Made by a program: the position numbers and the translations under genes
Source of the DNA: Octopus vulgaris
Taxonomy: Eukaryota
Direction: 5' to 3'
Length of the DNA: 64,000 nucleotides
Assembly: GCA_951406725.2 (NCBI GenBank)
Contig: OX597832.1
Span: forward strand, 46,748,001-46,812,000
The notes under the pieces: model-generated
What the model was told of the DNA's origin: nothing
What the model saw: only the letters and a program-made list of their open reading frames with translations
The model's database searches: none
Shown here: positions 26,793-41,649 of the stretch, piece by piece
How positions within the stretch are numbered: the first letter of the stretch is position 1
Layout of the letters: every line of letters starts with the position of its first letter

Positions 26793-26832
26793 GTCTACTC
26801 AGAGTTTCGCACCGGGCTGGTCTTTACATGAC
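26793..26832 (-). ncRNA. Heavily decayed hammerhead-like motif
   Basis: Minus strand gtc ATGTAAA gaccagcccggtgc GAAA ctc-t-gag TA gac; 3' half intact, 5' core mutated; next to (TA)n. Confidence 0.35.
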
Positions 26833-27049
26833 TCTTGAGTAGATTGAGAGTTTTTCAAAGAATGATCGTATCTATCCACTCAAACCAGCGAATTGAGACC
26901 TATATCAGATAATTCATTGCATGACATTGAATATATATTTAATATATCTTAGAATTCTCATAACACTAAACATATGTCTGTTTGTGCAAGCATGATTGTT
27001 CGAGTGTGTGTTTGCTGTACGTTTACACATACACACACACACACACTCC

Positions 27050-27123
<74 letters not shown>

Positions 27124-27167
27124 TATATATATATGTATATATATATGTATATATATATATGTATATA

Positions 27168-27256
<89 letters not shown>

Positions 27257-28469
27257 GCTTACACATACGCGCACACACACATATGTGCATAAATATACGT
27301 ATGAATGCTTGTATGTTTGTGTATATGTTTTTATGTATGTATATGTAATTCTGCGGAGTAGAAGGACATTGAAATACTTTACTCTTCTATAAAGATGAGT
27401 GAGATGAAAGACTCTCTGTGTAGACACGTGTTTCACAGGAACGGAAGCAATAGAGCCACGCGCACGCACACTCCCATACGCACGCACATTCCCATAGACA
27501 GACACACCGCTATGCATACACAAACACCGATTATTATCTCTATTTCTTATAAAATGTCCAACTGTTTCTTCAACAGTATATCTACTGTATGTCAATAGCG
27601 AAAAGAAGCATCAACGCAGCCAAACTGACTGGCTCTGATATACTTATCTCTCTCTTTATCGCTCTTTCGTTCTTACTCCACATCTATGTACCTCTGTGTG
27701 TTTATGACTGTGTATGTGTGTGCATGTATACCTTACTGTGTGCGTGTATTATATACACACATATATTAAAAGAAATAAGGCCAGTGAGCGAGGGAGATGA
27801 GAGACAGCTTTGAGGTTGGGGAAATACCTAGTTTTACTTGTCAGCACGCTATTGCTTCTCCACAGTGCGATATTTGTTACACTTTTAACACGTCATTGTA
27901 AAATGTGGCATTGCCATGGTTTACTAGATGAGGCCGCTTGTAACTGATTATATCACTTTTCAAGGCTGCGCGCTACTATTTAGTATTTAATTTAAGCTTC
28001 TCACTATTGTAACATATATATTTTTACGCGTAAGTATCCTAATGAATCGCGCTTTTAGTTACCAGCAATACAATCTGGGAAACAATTTATTAGAAAAACT
28101 GACTCATCAACATCGGGGTTCGGAAACATTTGAAATAGCAACCCAACACCACAATTTTATAGGGTCTCCAATCAAGGATGACCGTGAATTTGCGTATGAA
28201 TGCACAGGCCTGAGCAGTATTTGAAGAGAAATGGCTGTTTCCTGAGCAACCAACTCTTCCGTTTCCAAAGTGAAAGGCCACAGACTTCGGTCCATACAAC
28301 TTGGTATCAATGTCGCCTCTGTTAGAACGGAAACAGTGGGATGACATACAACAGGGCATGCTGTTTTACCCTCTAGCAGTTCCGTCAATCCAACACTCTG
28401 AATAGGTCATCTTCCGTACAAATATTAGTGTCTTTATGCTTTACACACTGATTGTTTCAATGATGGGAC

Positions 28470-28658
28470 AACGGCCATGCTGGAGCACCGTCTAAAACGC
28501 TTTAGTCGACCAAATCGACCCCAGTATTACTTTTTACTTTGTTACTTATTCTATCGTTTTCTGTTTTTCGAACCGCTAAGTTACGGGGTGGTAAACAAAT
28601 CAACACCCGTTTATAAGGGGTGAAAGCACAAACATATACAGATAGATATAAGTGTGAC

Positions 28659-28712
<54 letters not shown>

Positions 28713-28920
28713 TATATATGTGTGTGTCTTTAAGCGTGTGTGTTCGTACTCCTGCCATCGTCTGACAACCGATGTTGATGTGTTTACGTACCCATAAACT
28801 TGCGGTTCGGCAAAACAGAACCGATAGAATAACTACTAGGCTAACAAAGATTTGTCGATTTGTTCGACTGAAGGCGGTGCTCCAGCATAGCCGCAGTCAA
28901 ATGACTGAAACAAAAAATAA
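28470..28920. mobile_element. Two headless SINE-A tails in inverted orientation around a (TA)/(TG) tract
   Basis: Minus-strand tail at about 28470-28625 and plus-strand tail at about 28755-28920. Confidence 0.7.
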
Positions 28921-28963
28921 AATACACACACTCACACACACATATATATATATATACATGTAT

Positions 28964-29013
<50 letters not shown>

Positions 29014-29264
29014 TGTAGCCGTTAATTGTTTCAGGCTTTGGACTGTGGCCATGCTGGGGCACTGCCTTGAAGAATCTTCAGTAGAATGAATCAAGTCTAG
29101 TCATTTTTTATTTCTTTTAAGCCTGGTGTTCGTTCTATAAAATGGCTATAAAAGCCGCCTAGAAATACCTTCGTATGGTTGAAATGATTGGGATCCTGTG
29201 TCACTGTTAGTCAGCGAAGGTGACAAAATAAAGAGCAGCCTGGAAGAGGTGCCCTAAAATAATG

Positions 29265-29296
<32 letters not shown>

Positions 29297-29618
29297 TTCA
29301 AGACGGCGGTTTCTGAAATAACGGAAAAGAAAATGACGTGAGGTGATTTATATGTTCTTAGAAAACGTCAGCAAGAGGTGCTAGGGTGTGTTTGGTGGTT
29401 CGTAAAACGAAGAAAAAAGTGAGAAAAAAAACAAGGAAACAGTATATACACCTAGGTGTGTTAGTCAATCCATTTATGTCAGAATGAGAGAGACGGAGAT
29501 AGATAGAGAGAGAGAGAGAATGTGAGTATATGTGCGTTTACATGAGATTTAGCTACTTAAAAAAGTATATTTACGGACACAAATACTCATATGCATACAT
29601 ACAAATGTGTGTGTGCGT

Positions 29619-29652
<34 letters not shown>

Positions 29653-29731
29653 GATTGTGTGTATGTATACATATATATTTCTAAAAGCATACATATATGT
29701 GTATGTATATATGTATGTATATACCTTATAC

Positions 29732-29963
29732 CTATTTCTTTACTACTCACAAGGGGCTAAACACAGAGGGGACAAACAAGGACAGACATAGGTATTAAGT
29801 CGATTACATCGACCCCAGTGCGTAACTGGTACTTAATTTATCGACTCCGAAAGGATGAAAGGCAAAGTCGACCTCGGCGGAATTTGAACTAACAACGTAA
29901 CGCAGACGAAATACCGCTAAGCATTTCGCCCGGCGTGCTAACGCTTCTGCCAGCTCGCCGCCT
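29732..29963 (-). mobile_element. SINE-B, full length
   Basis: Reverse complement of ggcggcgagctggcagaa...gtaaagaaatag. Confidence 0.9.
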
Positions 29964-29976
29964 TATACCTACATAC

Positions 29977-30052
<76 letters not shown>

Positions 30053-30192
30053 TTGTATGTGTATGTATATATATAGGCACAGGAGTGGCTGTGTAATTTG
30101 AACGCAGTACACAAAGACGGACGAAATGCTGCTAAGCATAATTACCCGGTTTGCTAACGATTCTGTCAGCTCGTTGTCTTACTACTACTACA

Positions 30193-30274
<82 letters not shown>

Positions 30275-30393
30275 TGGAAAGCGTTTACGCGCATTGGTAA
30301 CTATCAAAACTTCATATTTCGTATGTGACACTGCGCGAAAACCTCGGCCGTTGAGTCACTTTGTAACTTTTGTTGATTATTAAGAAATATATA

Positions 30394-30757
30394 GGCGCAG
30401 GAGTGGCTGTATGGTAAGTAGCTTGCTAAACAACCACATGGTTCCGGGTTCAGTCCCACTGCATGGCACCTAGGGCAGGTGTCTTCTACTTTAGCCTCGG
30501 GCCGACCAAAGCCTTGTGAGTGGATTTAGTAGACGGAAACTGAAAGAAGCCCGCCGTATATATGTATATATATATATATATGTGTGTGTGTGAGTTTTTG
30601 TGTCTGTGTTTTTCAGCCGGTGCTGGTGTGTTTATGTCCCCGTAACTTAGCGGTTTGGCAAAAGAGACGGATAAAATAAGTACTAGGCTTACAAAGAATA
30701 AGTCCAGGTGGTGCTCCAGCATGGCCGCAGTCAAATGACTGAAACAAGTAAAGAGTA
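30394..30757 (+). mobile_element. SINE-A with small deletions
   Basis: Head, internal microsatellite and tail present. Confidence 0.88.
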
Positions 30758-30781
30758 TATATATAAATATGTGTATATATA

Positions 30782-30835
<54 letters not shown>

Positions 30836-31079
30836 CATACATACATACACACCAGGTGGTGCAATTGAGTTAGACATAGCCTGGGCCTTTACTGACCGAA
30901 GAAACCCATCAAAGTTATCAAAGTTATATATATATATACATATATATATATGCGTACGTGTATTTTATCCTTTCGTAAAAATAACAGGATAACAAGGCCT
31001 TATTCGAATGACGTCAACCGTGGTCTTTCATAGTGAGGTAAAACTTTATCTGTTGTATAGCAATAAGTATATATACATT

Positions 31080-31179
<100 letters not shown>

Positions 31180-31469
31180 CACACGGAGTTTCGCATGGAA
31201 ATACACACAATCACACTGGCTAACAGTCGAGAAACACGTAGTAGATATACATACATATACACGTAAGGTCATGATATATATATATATATACACAAGCGCA
31301 CGTGCACACACACATGTACACACATACATATATAAGTATTTGATTATAAAAACTTAATTATAATTTTATTTTTATAACTACGTACTTAAAAATAAATTTT
31401 ACCGATAAGGTTTTTTTATACGCTAACCACTGATATAATCATTTCAATGATTATATCCTCAATTTATAA

Positions 31470-31634
<165 letters not shown>

Positions 31635-31635
31635 T

Positions 31636-31762
31636 GTTTCTTTATTAACCACACAAGGCTGCACACAGACGGGATGAATTACAAGGGAGAGCTTTTCATT
31701 TTGGGGATAAAAAAGGGGTTTGGTTTTCGATCAAAAGGGATCGTAAAAGGAAAGAAAGAGGA
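31636..31762 (-). mobile_element. Short 3' UTR fragment of the Tx1-like LINE, inside (GATA)n
   Basis: gtttctttatt..ccacac..ggctgcacacaga matches 35527 onward; (GATA)n on both sides. Confidence 0.8.
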
Positions 31763-32018
31763 GATAGATAGATAGATGGATGTATGGATAGATAGATATA
31801 GATGCATTATGTATTTATTGGGTGTGTTGTTAGAAGGCTGCTCCCCAACTAGGTGGTTTGATGTTCGGTCATCACTGAGTGATACCTTGGGCCGGTGCCG
31901 TCTGGAATAGCCCAGGGCCGGTCGATATCTTGAGAGTGGTTTCGGCGGACGGAGACTGAAAGAAGTCGTATATATATGTGTGTAGTTTCACTCAGCTGTG
32001 TGTGTGTGTTTGTAGTAC

Positions 32019-32255
32019 CTATTTCTTTACTACCCACAAGGCGCTACATACAGAGGGGACTAACAAGGACAGATAAACAGATTAATTCGATTATATAGAC
32101 CCCAGTGCGTAACTGGTACTTATTTAATCGACATCCGAAAGGATGAAAGGCAAAGTTGACCTTGGCGGAATTTGAACTCAGAACGTAGCGGCAAACGAAA
32201 TACCGCTAAGCATTTCGCTCGGTGCATGCTAACGACTCTGACAACTCATCGCCTT
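32019..32255 (-). mobile_element. SINE-B
   Basis: Match to SINE-B consensus. Confidence 0.85.
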
Positions 32256-32256
32256 A

Positions 32257-32845
<589 letters not shown>

Positions 32846-33329
32846 ATCTTAATAAAAATCTTTGCCCCGCCCCTCACTCTTTATTCATGAGAAAGTGTAA
32901 AATTTTGCATCCGCATAATTCTTCTTTGTTCGTTACGATGAAGAACAAGTTCAAAAATTTGAAATTATGGTAAATTTCCGCCCACATTTTAATACTCACA
33001 ACATACCATGCATTTCTGAGAAACACTACATTAAGCTATATTCGTAATATATTTTGCAACAATACATTATAGGCTTAGGTGTATACACACACGTACTTGT
33101 GTCTCTATTTAAGGTGTGTGTGTGTGAAAGAGAGATTGAGAAAGAGTGAAAGAATTTGTGTTTTGCTAGTGTTGTGTGTATATGTGTATATATAGTTGCG
33201 TATTTGAGTATGTGTTTCTGCCACACTGCATATGTAATAAAGCGTTTGCTTATGCGTGATGCACATCGCTTGCACATAAATGCTGGGTGTCGTAATAATT
33301 TTGTACTTGTACACTTAAGTTAATATAAA

Positions 33330-33746
33330 TACTCTTTACTCTTTTACTTGTTTCAGTCATTTGACTGCGGCCATGCTGGAGCACCGCCTTTAGTCGAGCA
33401 AATCGACCCCGGGACCTATTCTTTGTAAGCCGCCCAGTACTTATTCAATCGGTCTCTTTTGCCGAACCGCTAAGTGACGGGGACGTAAACACACCAGCAT
33501 CGGTTGTCAAGCGATGCTAGGGGGACAAACACAGACACACAAACACATACACACACATACACATATATATATACATATATACGACAAGCTTCTTTCAGTT
33601 TCCGTCTACCAAATCCACTCACAAGGCATATTGGTCGGCCCGGGGCTATATCAGAAGACACTTGCCCAAGATGCCACGCAGTGGGACTGAACCCGGAACC
33701 ATGTGGTTGGTTAGCAAGCTACTTACCACACAGTCACTCCTGCGCC
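33330..33746 (-). mobile_element. SINE-A, full length
   Basis: Reverse-complement match to consensus. Confidence 0.9.
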
Positions 33747-33840
33747 TATGTAGGTATACATGTTGGTACATCTACGTATGCATATATATGTGTATATAAA
33801 TAGATACATAAATACATAATAGATTTACACGTACACGTAT

Positions 33841-34888
33841 ATTTATAAAAACATATATATATATATTTATAAAGACATATATATATATATTTATAAAGAC
33901 ATATATATATATATTTATAAAGACATATATATATATATATTTATAAAGACATATATATATATATTTATAAAGACATATATATATATATTTATAAAGACAT
34001 ATATATATATATTTATAAAGACATATATATATATATTTATAAAGACATATATATATATATTTATAAAGACATATATATATATTTATAAAGACATATATAT
34101 ATATATTTATAAAGACATATATATATATATTTATAAAGACATATATATATATATTTATAAAGACATATATATATATATTTATAAAGACATATATATATAT
34201 ATATATTTATAAAGACATATATATATATATATATTTATAAAGACATATATATATATATTTATAAAGACATATATATATATATATTTATAAAGACATATAT
34301 ATATATATTTATAAAGACATATATATATATATTTATAAAGACATATATATATATATATTTATAAAGACATATATATATATATTTATAAAGACATATATAT
34401 ATATATTTATAAAGACATATATATATATATATATATTTATAAAGACATATATATATATATTTATAAAGACATATATATATATATGTTTATAAGGACATAT
34501 ATATATATATTTATAAGGACATATATATATATATTTATAAGGACATATATATATATATTTATAATGACATATATATATATTTATAAAGACATATATATAT
34601 ATATTTATAAAGACATATATATATATATTTATAAAGACATATATATATATATTTATAAGGACATATATATATATATTTATAAAGACATATATATATATTT
34701 ATAAAGACATATATATATATATATTTATAAAGACATATATATATATATGTTTATAAGGACATATATATATATATTTATAAGGACATATATATATATATTT
34801 ATAAGGACATATATATATATATTTATAAGGACATATATATATATATTTATAAAGACATATATATATATATTTATAAAGACATATATAT
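33841..34888 (+). repeat. Minisatellite: ttataaagac + variable (AT)n, unit about 20-26 bp, roughly 45-50 units
   Basis: Direct reading; variant ttataaggac clusters in the 3' half. Confidence 0.95.
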
Positions 34889-35243
34889 GTACGCACGTAC
34901 TAAGACATAGGCACGTTTCGTTTTATAAACGACTAAAATGAAACGCAATACTTGAAGCAGAGGTCGAGTTGTCTCTTTGTGTATGCGTACGTGTATGGTT
35001 GCGTGCTTGTGTGTGCGCCTGTACGTGTATGTATATGTGTGTTTGCGAGTGTGTGTGTGTGTGCATTTGCTGTATAGTCGTATGCATTCGACTGAAAGAA
35101 ATATTCGAGGAGTGGCAAATGAATGTATGTTCGTCGCAATTTTAACCTGCAAAATGACTTTACTCTTTCGCATGTTTTTGTTCTCTAGTCTCTGCCTGCC
35201 GACACATAACTGCGCATACCATAGACACACAAACACACACACG

Positions 35244-35525
<282 letters not shown>

Positions 35526-35526
35526 A

Positions 35527-36390
35527 GTTTCTTTATTGGCCACACAGGGCTGCACACAGATGGGACAAGTTACAAGGTAGAGCTTTTCTTTTGGGGGATG
35601 AAGAGAACAAAAAACAAAAGAAAAAGGGGGTGGCGTAGGTTTTCGATCAAGAGGGATCGTAAAAGGGAAGAAAAGAACAAAAACAAAAAAAAATTGAATA
35701 AAATAAAGAGAATAAAAAGAAAAAAAAAGAAAAGGAAAAGGAACAAAAGGAAAGAGAAATGAAAAAAGAAGAAAAAAGGGGAAAAAAAGGGGAACAGCAA
35801 AAAAAAGAACGACCAATAGGGATCGTGTATCACAGTGTTATGATATATGGTGTAAAGGGGAAAGCAAGTAAGGTTTATCCGTGGGAAGAAAAGCCTACGA
35901 AAAAGACCACGGTAACCTTGGTCAATATTGTTATATGTTACCACATTTGTTTGCAAGTGGGTAACCCTCTGTTTTCAATTTCTGGGTTCATAGGATTATG
36001 CTCAAGGTGGCTTCGTCATTCATACGTGCCATCCTTGCTACATTCACCCATCTTTTTTTAAAACATTCGCTAGACAAAACTTGCCTCTCTACTCTCACTT
36101 TTTCTTCAAGTGATACTTGAAGAAGTTGATGAGAGATTGACCAGAGAGGAAAGTGTTTGTCTCCAATCCTTTCAGACGCGTCCACCAGATACATTCTTTC
36201 GCCATAGCCACAAGGATGATGAAAATAGCTCTTCCTTCCCGTTTGAAGGAAGGAGGCGTGACAATATTGACGATAGACTCAGATGATAAACCGACTCGTC
36301 CCACACGTGACAGCAGTTGTTCGACATAAGCCCACAGGTCGGAAATTGTTGGACACTGCACGAGTGCGTGCAGAACGGTTTCGTCGCTCT
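35527..36390 (-). mobile_element. 5'-truncated L1/Tx1-clade LINE (ORF2 C-terminal zinc-knuckle region + T-rich 3' UTR)
   Basis: SDETVLHALVQCPTISDLWAYVEQLL...AKECIWWTR...KYHLK, a 1-nt frameshift, then KVRVERQVLSSECFKKRW; 3' end abuts (TCTA)n. Confidence 0.85.
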
Positions 36391-36980
36391 GACCACTAGG
36401 CCATGTGCCTTCACACCATATTGGTTAGTGTGCCAATATTTATTAGCATCGCTCGCTTTAGTTTTGGGTCACAGGTCCAATTAGCCCCCCGCAGTAGCTA
36501 GCTCAAAATCCGCAAGATGTGCGACTGTTAAGCTAGTTTCTAATAAAACGGTGAGAGGAAAAAACCTTGTCTCACACAAACACACGCTCACTGCGTACAC
36601 CTATAAAACTAAATTAGCTAAACCATTGTCTTTATACCGAAGTCATTCTTTGTCACGACTGTCTGCTGGTTGTATGTAAATTACTATAGATGTGATTAAA
36701 GAAATAACAGTTTCTTTAATATATCATATTATTCCATAAATATGTTCGAGAAGGCAGTGACAGCGTTATTTTGTTTCGTATTTGGGTCAAGGGTCATTTT
36801 GTATATAGAACATATTGCGTTTATCTTCTCTTTCCCATACAAGGTGGGAGATAAACACTGATTTTATACGAAGTAACGTTACTTATATATTTACCTCGTT
36901 ATTCATTAGTCCGTTTGCCTGACTGTCCGCACGGCTGTCTACATGATTGTCCGCCTGACTGTCAGGCTTTATTACTACGT

Positions 36981-37209
36981 ATATTTCTTTACTACCACAA
37001 GGGGCTAAACACAGAGGGAACAAACAAGGACAGACAAACGGAGTAAGTCGATTACATCGACCCCAGTGCGTAACTGGTACTTAATTTATCGACCCCGAAA
37101 GGATGAAAGGCAAAGTCGACCTCGGCGGCATTTGAATTCAGAACGTAACGGCAGACGAATACCTCTAAGCATTTCGTCCGGCGTGCTAACGTTTCTGTCA
37201 GCTCGCCGC
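36981..37209 (-). mobile_element. SINE-B
   Basis: Consensus match; inverted partner of 37407-37635. Confidence 0.9.
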
Positions 37210-37406
37210 TTTAGCCAGCTCGCTGCCGTCCGCCTGTCTGTCAGACTTTATGACTATGTACTCGTTCCACGTTTACTACTGTCACACTGCGTCTCAAACT
37301 GTATATTATTACTATGCTATCTGAATAGAATTGCTCATACTTGCTTTTATATAATTGAGATAGACTTGGTATTTCGGCCTTTCGATGTCTATATAATAAG
37401 TACCAA

Positions 37407-37635
37407 GGCGGCGAGCTAGCAGAAACGTTAGCACGCTGGGCGAAATGCTAAACGGTATTTCATCTGCCGTTAAGTTTTGAGTTCAAATTCCGCCGAATTC
37501 GACTTTGCCTTTCATCCTTTCGGGGTCGATTAAATAAGTACCAGTTACGCACTGGGGTCGATATAATCGACTTAATCCGTTTGTCAGTCCTTGTTTGTCC
37601 TCTCTGTGTTTAGCCCCTTGTGGGTAGTAAAGAAA
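37407..37635 (+). mobile_element. SINE-B
   Basis: Consensus match. Confidence 0.9.
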
Positions 37636-38049
37636 ATAAGTACCAGGTGAGGACCTTGGACCGAAACAATCGACATATCCCTTTCCCCATGAAAGTGCTC
37701 GCCTTATGCCAAAATCTGAAACCGATATAAGTCCCTTTCTTATATATATATATTGTCTGTATGTTAATGTTTGTGTTGTGAGTGGGGTACATATGTCTGT
37801 GTTTGCTTCCTTGTGTCTTAGTGTGCGTGTACCAGTCTGTATGAAAGTTCAATATTAAATTACTTTTTATCTCAGTGTTATCTGTCACTATATAACTTAT
37901 AAAGTTTCTTACTTCGTCTGAAATAGTATATCTTCTTAACTGGTATTCTTCTATCACTACTCAGTGACCCACTCAAATTCACGATTTATTTATACATTCG
38001 CCAGCTAAACGTCTTATGTCAACGACCATCATAAAGGCTCTTCTACGTT

Positions 38050-38278
38050 TTAGCACCTTCAAATGCCACCACCCCGCTGGCTAAGCGTGCAGGGGCCAAC
38101 AGAAGAAAGTCGTGGCGAAAGAGTACAGCAGGGATCGCCACCGCACCCTACCGGATCCTCGTGGAGATTTTAGGTGTTTTCGCTCAATAAACACTCACAA
38201 CGCCCGGTCTGGGAATCGAAACCGCGATCCTACGACCGCGAGTCCGCTGCCCTAACTACTGGGGCATTGCGCCTCCAC
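38050..38278 (-). mobile_element. SINE-D with tail variant D2, partial
   Basis: Head as at 58564; tail ctttcttctgttggc...gaaggtgctaaaa. Confidence 0.8.
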
Positions 38279-38282
38279 ACAC

Positions 38283-38329
<47 letters not shown>

Positions 38330-38374
38330 ATATCTCTCTCACTCTATGTATATATATATATATATATATATATA

Positions 38375-38575
38375 ACGGGAAGGTTTACGAAAGTAAACAA
38401 AAGGCGAAGGCAGGTGGAGTACAAACGAGCAAATGTATGAGTATGGCGCTCAGGAATAGAAATAGAACAAGTCTTTTACGTTTCGAGCCTACGCTCTTCG
38501 ACAGAAAGATTCACAGAAAAGAAACACGGAGAGAAACAAGGAGAGATAAAAATGCGTGTAGGAGCTAACGGTCCA
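38375..38575 (-). mobile_element. Probable Penelope-like terminal-repeat fragment between (TA)n tracts
   Basis: Contains the hammerhead-like motif at 38472-38509; second copy at 20795-20930. Confidence 0.6.
38472..38509 (-). ncRNA. Minimal hammerhead-like motif with non-canonical core (CUGUCGA)
   Basis: Minus strand tcttt CTGTCGA a gagc-gtag-gctc GAAA cg TA aaaga; 5-bp stem I, 4-bp stem II, palindromic acgt stem III. Confidence 0.55.
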
Positions 38576-38588
38576 TATATACATGCAT

Positions 38589-38647
<59 letters not shown>

Positions 38648-38934
38648 CGAGCACACATTCAGAAACACATGCGTACTGTTGAATCCACCCCCAAACAATA
38701 TTGTATTCACAGAATTTTCTGCTCCTTCTATTTAATATACATTCAGTTTACACAATGATACTAGTCAAAGTCTTTTTCTCCACTCTTTCTGTCACTCTTG
38801 TGTTTTTTGCTGCCTTCTTTCTCACACTTTGTCCACCTTCTCTCTTCGTTCTCTGTCTTTCTTGCTCTTCCTTCACTCCCTCTCTGCCTTTCTTTCTTTC
38901 TCTTTCTCTCTATTGTCAGTGTCATTCTGAACTG

Positions 38935-39035
<101 letters not shown>

Positions 39036-39555
39036 TAACGCTTCACTTTGATGTTAGTACGTTTCCCTAACTTTGTACTAAGCAGACCTCTATTGTTATA
39101 GCAAACTATTTCTTTCGCGCTAATTCGTCTAACAAAACAAGTACTGCTTACAAATAGTCATAATGAACTTGATATATAAAACAAAAAAAAAACATTTCCT
39201 GGATGCTATAGAAAATACACACAGAAAATAGCTTTAATAATAAGAAAAACGATATATCTTTACTTGCTTCTTTTAAAAAATTATTTACTTTCTATTGTGT
39301 ACATAAATATGATCATCGAAGAATTAATAATAATAAATAAAAGACCGTAATTGGATTCATTAGTTTATTAGCCAAAGCTGCAATTCACAATATATAATTA
39401 ATACATGTATTTACTCATGGAAGGAACTGAAGGATATGGTTTTTTGAGTGCAACTATGGCTGTGTGGCTAAGAAGCCCTCTTTGGAACGATTTGGTTTCG
39501 GGTTCAGTTCCGCTACGTGGCAACTTGAACAAATGTCTTTTACTATAGCCTAGGA

Positions 39556-39776
39556 CAGTGCTTTTCAAAACTTTTTGCTGGAGCGGATCCCCAAGGGAAA
39601 CATTCCACTGGCTCGAGGAACCCCTGTGCAATAATTTAATAGTCTTATGCACACATATCTGCACAGGAAATTTTAAAATTACTGCCGATTTTAGCAGTTT
39701 TGTAACTTCTTGCGGAACCCCTGCACTGTACTGATGGAACCCTAAGGTTCCGCGGAACCCTGGTTGAAAACCACTG
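39556..39776 (-). mobile_element. hAT (Charlie-like) MITE with 13-bp TIRs and 8-bp TSD gcctagga, nested in an old SINE-A
   Basis: TIRs cagtgcttttcaa / ttgaaaaccactg (12/13); TSD at 39548-39555 and 39777-39784 with central CTAG; host SINE-A head about 39455-39850. Confidence 0.92.
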
Positions 39777-40059
39777 GCCTAGGACAACCTATTGCTTGTG
39801 AGGAAATCTGATGGACTGAAACGGTGAGGAAGCTTTTACTCTGTGTGTGTGTTTGTGTGTCCATATACTTATGAAAGAAAATGCAAAAGAGAAAGCAGAT
39901 AAGTTTTGTTACAATATAAGAAACGCAAGTAATAAATTGTAATTAGTTTTTAACTTCCAAATTTTCTTCGATATTTAGCTTGTTTCTATACTTCACAAAA
40001 ACTGTAGAGAATCCAGCATCGTACTCAGAACTTGAGATAAGGCGCATTAAACATCGTAG

Positions 40060-40300
40060 GGCCTAGTACTTATTCCATCGGTCTCTTATGCCGAATCGCT
40101 AAGTTACGGGGACGTAAACACACCAGCATCGTTTCTCAAGCGATGTTGGAGGGGACAAACAGAAACACATAAACACATACATATATATATAGACATATAT
40201 TCGACGGGCTTCTTTCAGTTTCCGTCTACCAAATCCACTCACAAGGCTTTGGTTGGCCCGGAACCATGTGGTTGGTAAGCAAGCTACTTACCACACAGTC
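40060..40300 (-). mobile_element. SINE-A, deleted copy
   Basis: Consensus match with internal deletion. Confidence 0.85.
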
Positions 40301-40316
40301 ACAAACACACACACAC

Positions 40317-40399
<83 letters not shown>

Positions 40400-41334
40400 T
40401 GTATATGTATATATTTATGTTAATGCATGCATGTGTACATACATACCTACATATATACGAACATATATATGTGTCTGTGTGTTTGTGTGTTTGTGTGTGT
40501 GAGTGTATTTCGTCCCTTCTTCCCATTTCCACCCACAAACCTTCGAGTCGACCCGTTGCTATGAAAGGGCGGTAAAAACTCTAGCGAAAGGTGCTAAAGT
40601 GGGGGATCGACCACAGGACCGCGCGAGTGCAAATCAAACTTCTTAACGATACAGCCATGAACGCGCCCAATATGACGAAAGATATCTTAGAAAAATTACC
40701 CATATATGTGTTTAGGACTACATTATCCAATATGATTTTTATTATCAAAACCGTCAGCTACGATACGAAAAATATTCCGTTGTCGTTACTTTCAACAGGT
40801 TCGTTGACCAGAGCGAGGCTTCTTTGTTGGTCGCCATAAAAACAGGTTTCGGTGACAATTGAAATATGTTTACAATAATATTCAGTTAGGTGAAAATGAA
40901 ATAAAAAACACCAATGAACTGAAGGACATGGGGGGGGCAGAAACATTCGTGGGAAATAAACGCTTTCAATACGTGACTATGTGGTTACCATGCAATGTTA
41001 TCATTCGTATCCGCGTGAGAGAGTGTACACTCATACAATGTGACAATGTGTATGTGCAATGTAATGTCTGTGTATTGTGTTGGCGCATACGTACATAAAC
41101 ACATGCACATACGTAATCGTTAGCAATACCGGGCAAAATGCTCAGCGGTATTTCGTCCGTCTTTACATTATTACGTTCTTAGTTCAAATTTTACTGAAGG
41201 ATGTATTATATATATATATATATATATATAATGTATGTATGTATGTGTTTGTATATGTTTGTGTGTCTGTGTTTGTCTCCCCAACATCACCTAACAACAA
41301 CCGATGGTGGTGTGTTTACGTCCCCGTAACTTAT

Positions 41335-41430
41335 CGGGCTCTTTTGCCGAACCGCTAAGTTACGGGGACGTAAACACACCAGCATCGGTTGTCAATCGAT
41401 GTTGTGGGGTCAAACACAGACACACGTACA

Positions 41431-41487
<57 letters not shown>

Positions 41488-41649
41488 GACGGGCTTCTTT
41501 CAGTTTCCATCTACCAAATCCACTCACAAGGTTTTGCTCGGCCCGAGGCTATAGTAGAAGACACTCGCCCAAGGTGCCACGCAGTGGGACTGAAACCAGA
41601 ACCATGTGGCTGGTAAGCAAGCTACTTACCACACAGCCACTCCTGCACC
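41335..41649 (-). mobile_element. SINE-A preceded by an inverted partial copy (41262-41333), forming a fold-back
   Basis: gtgtttacgtccccgtaactta ... taagttacggggacgtaaacac. Confidence 0.85.

Noticed and set aside
33841-34888. CRISPR-like regular repeat array
   Set aside because: The spacers are just (AT)n, not unique; eukaryotic context; no cas genes
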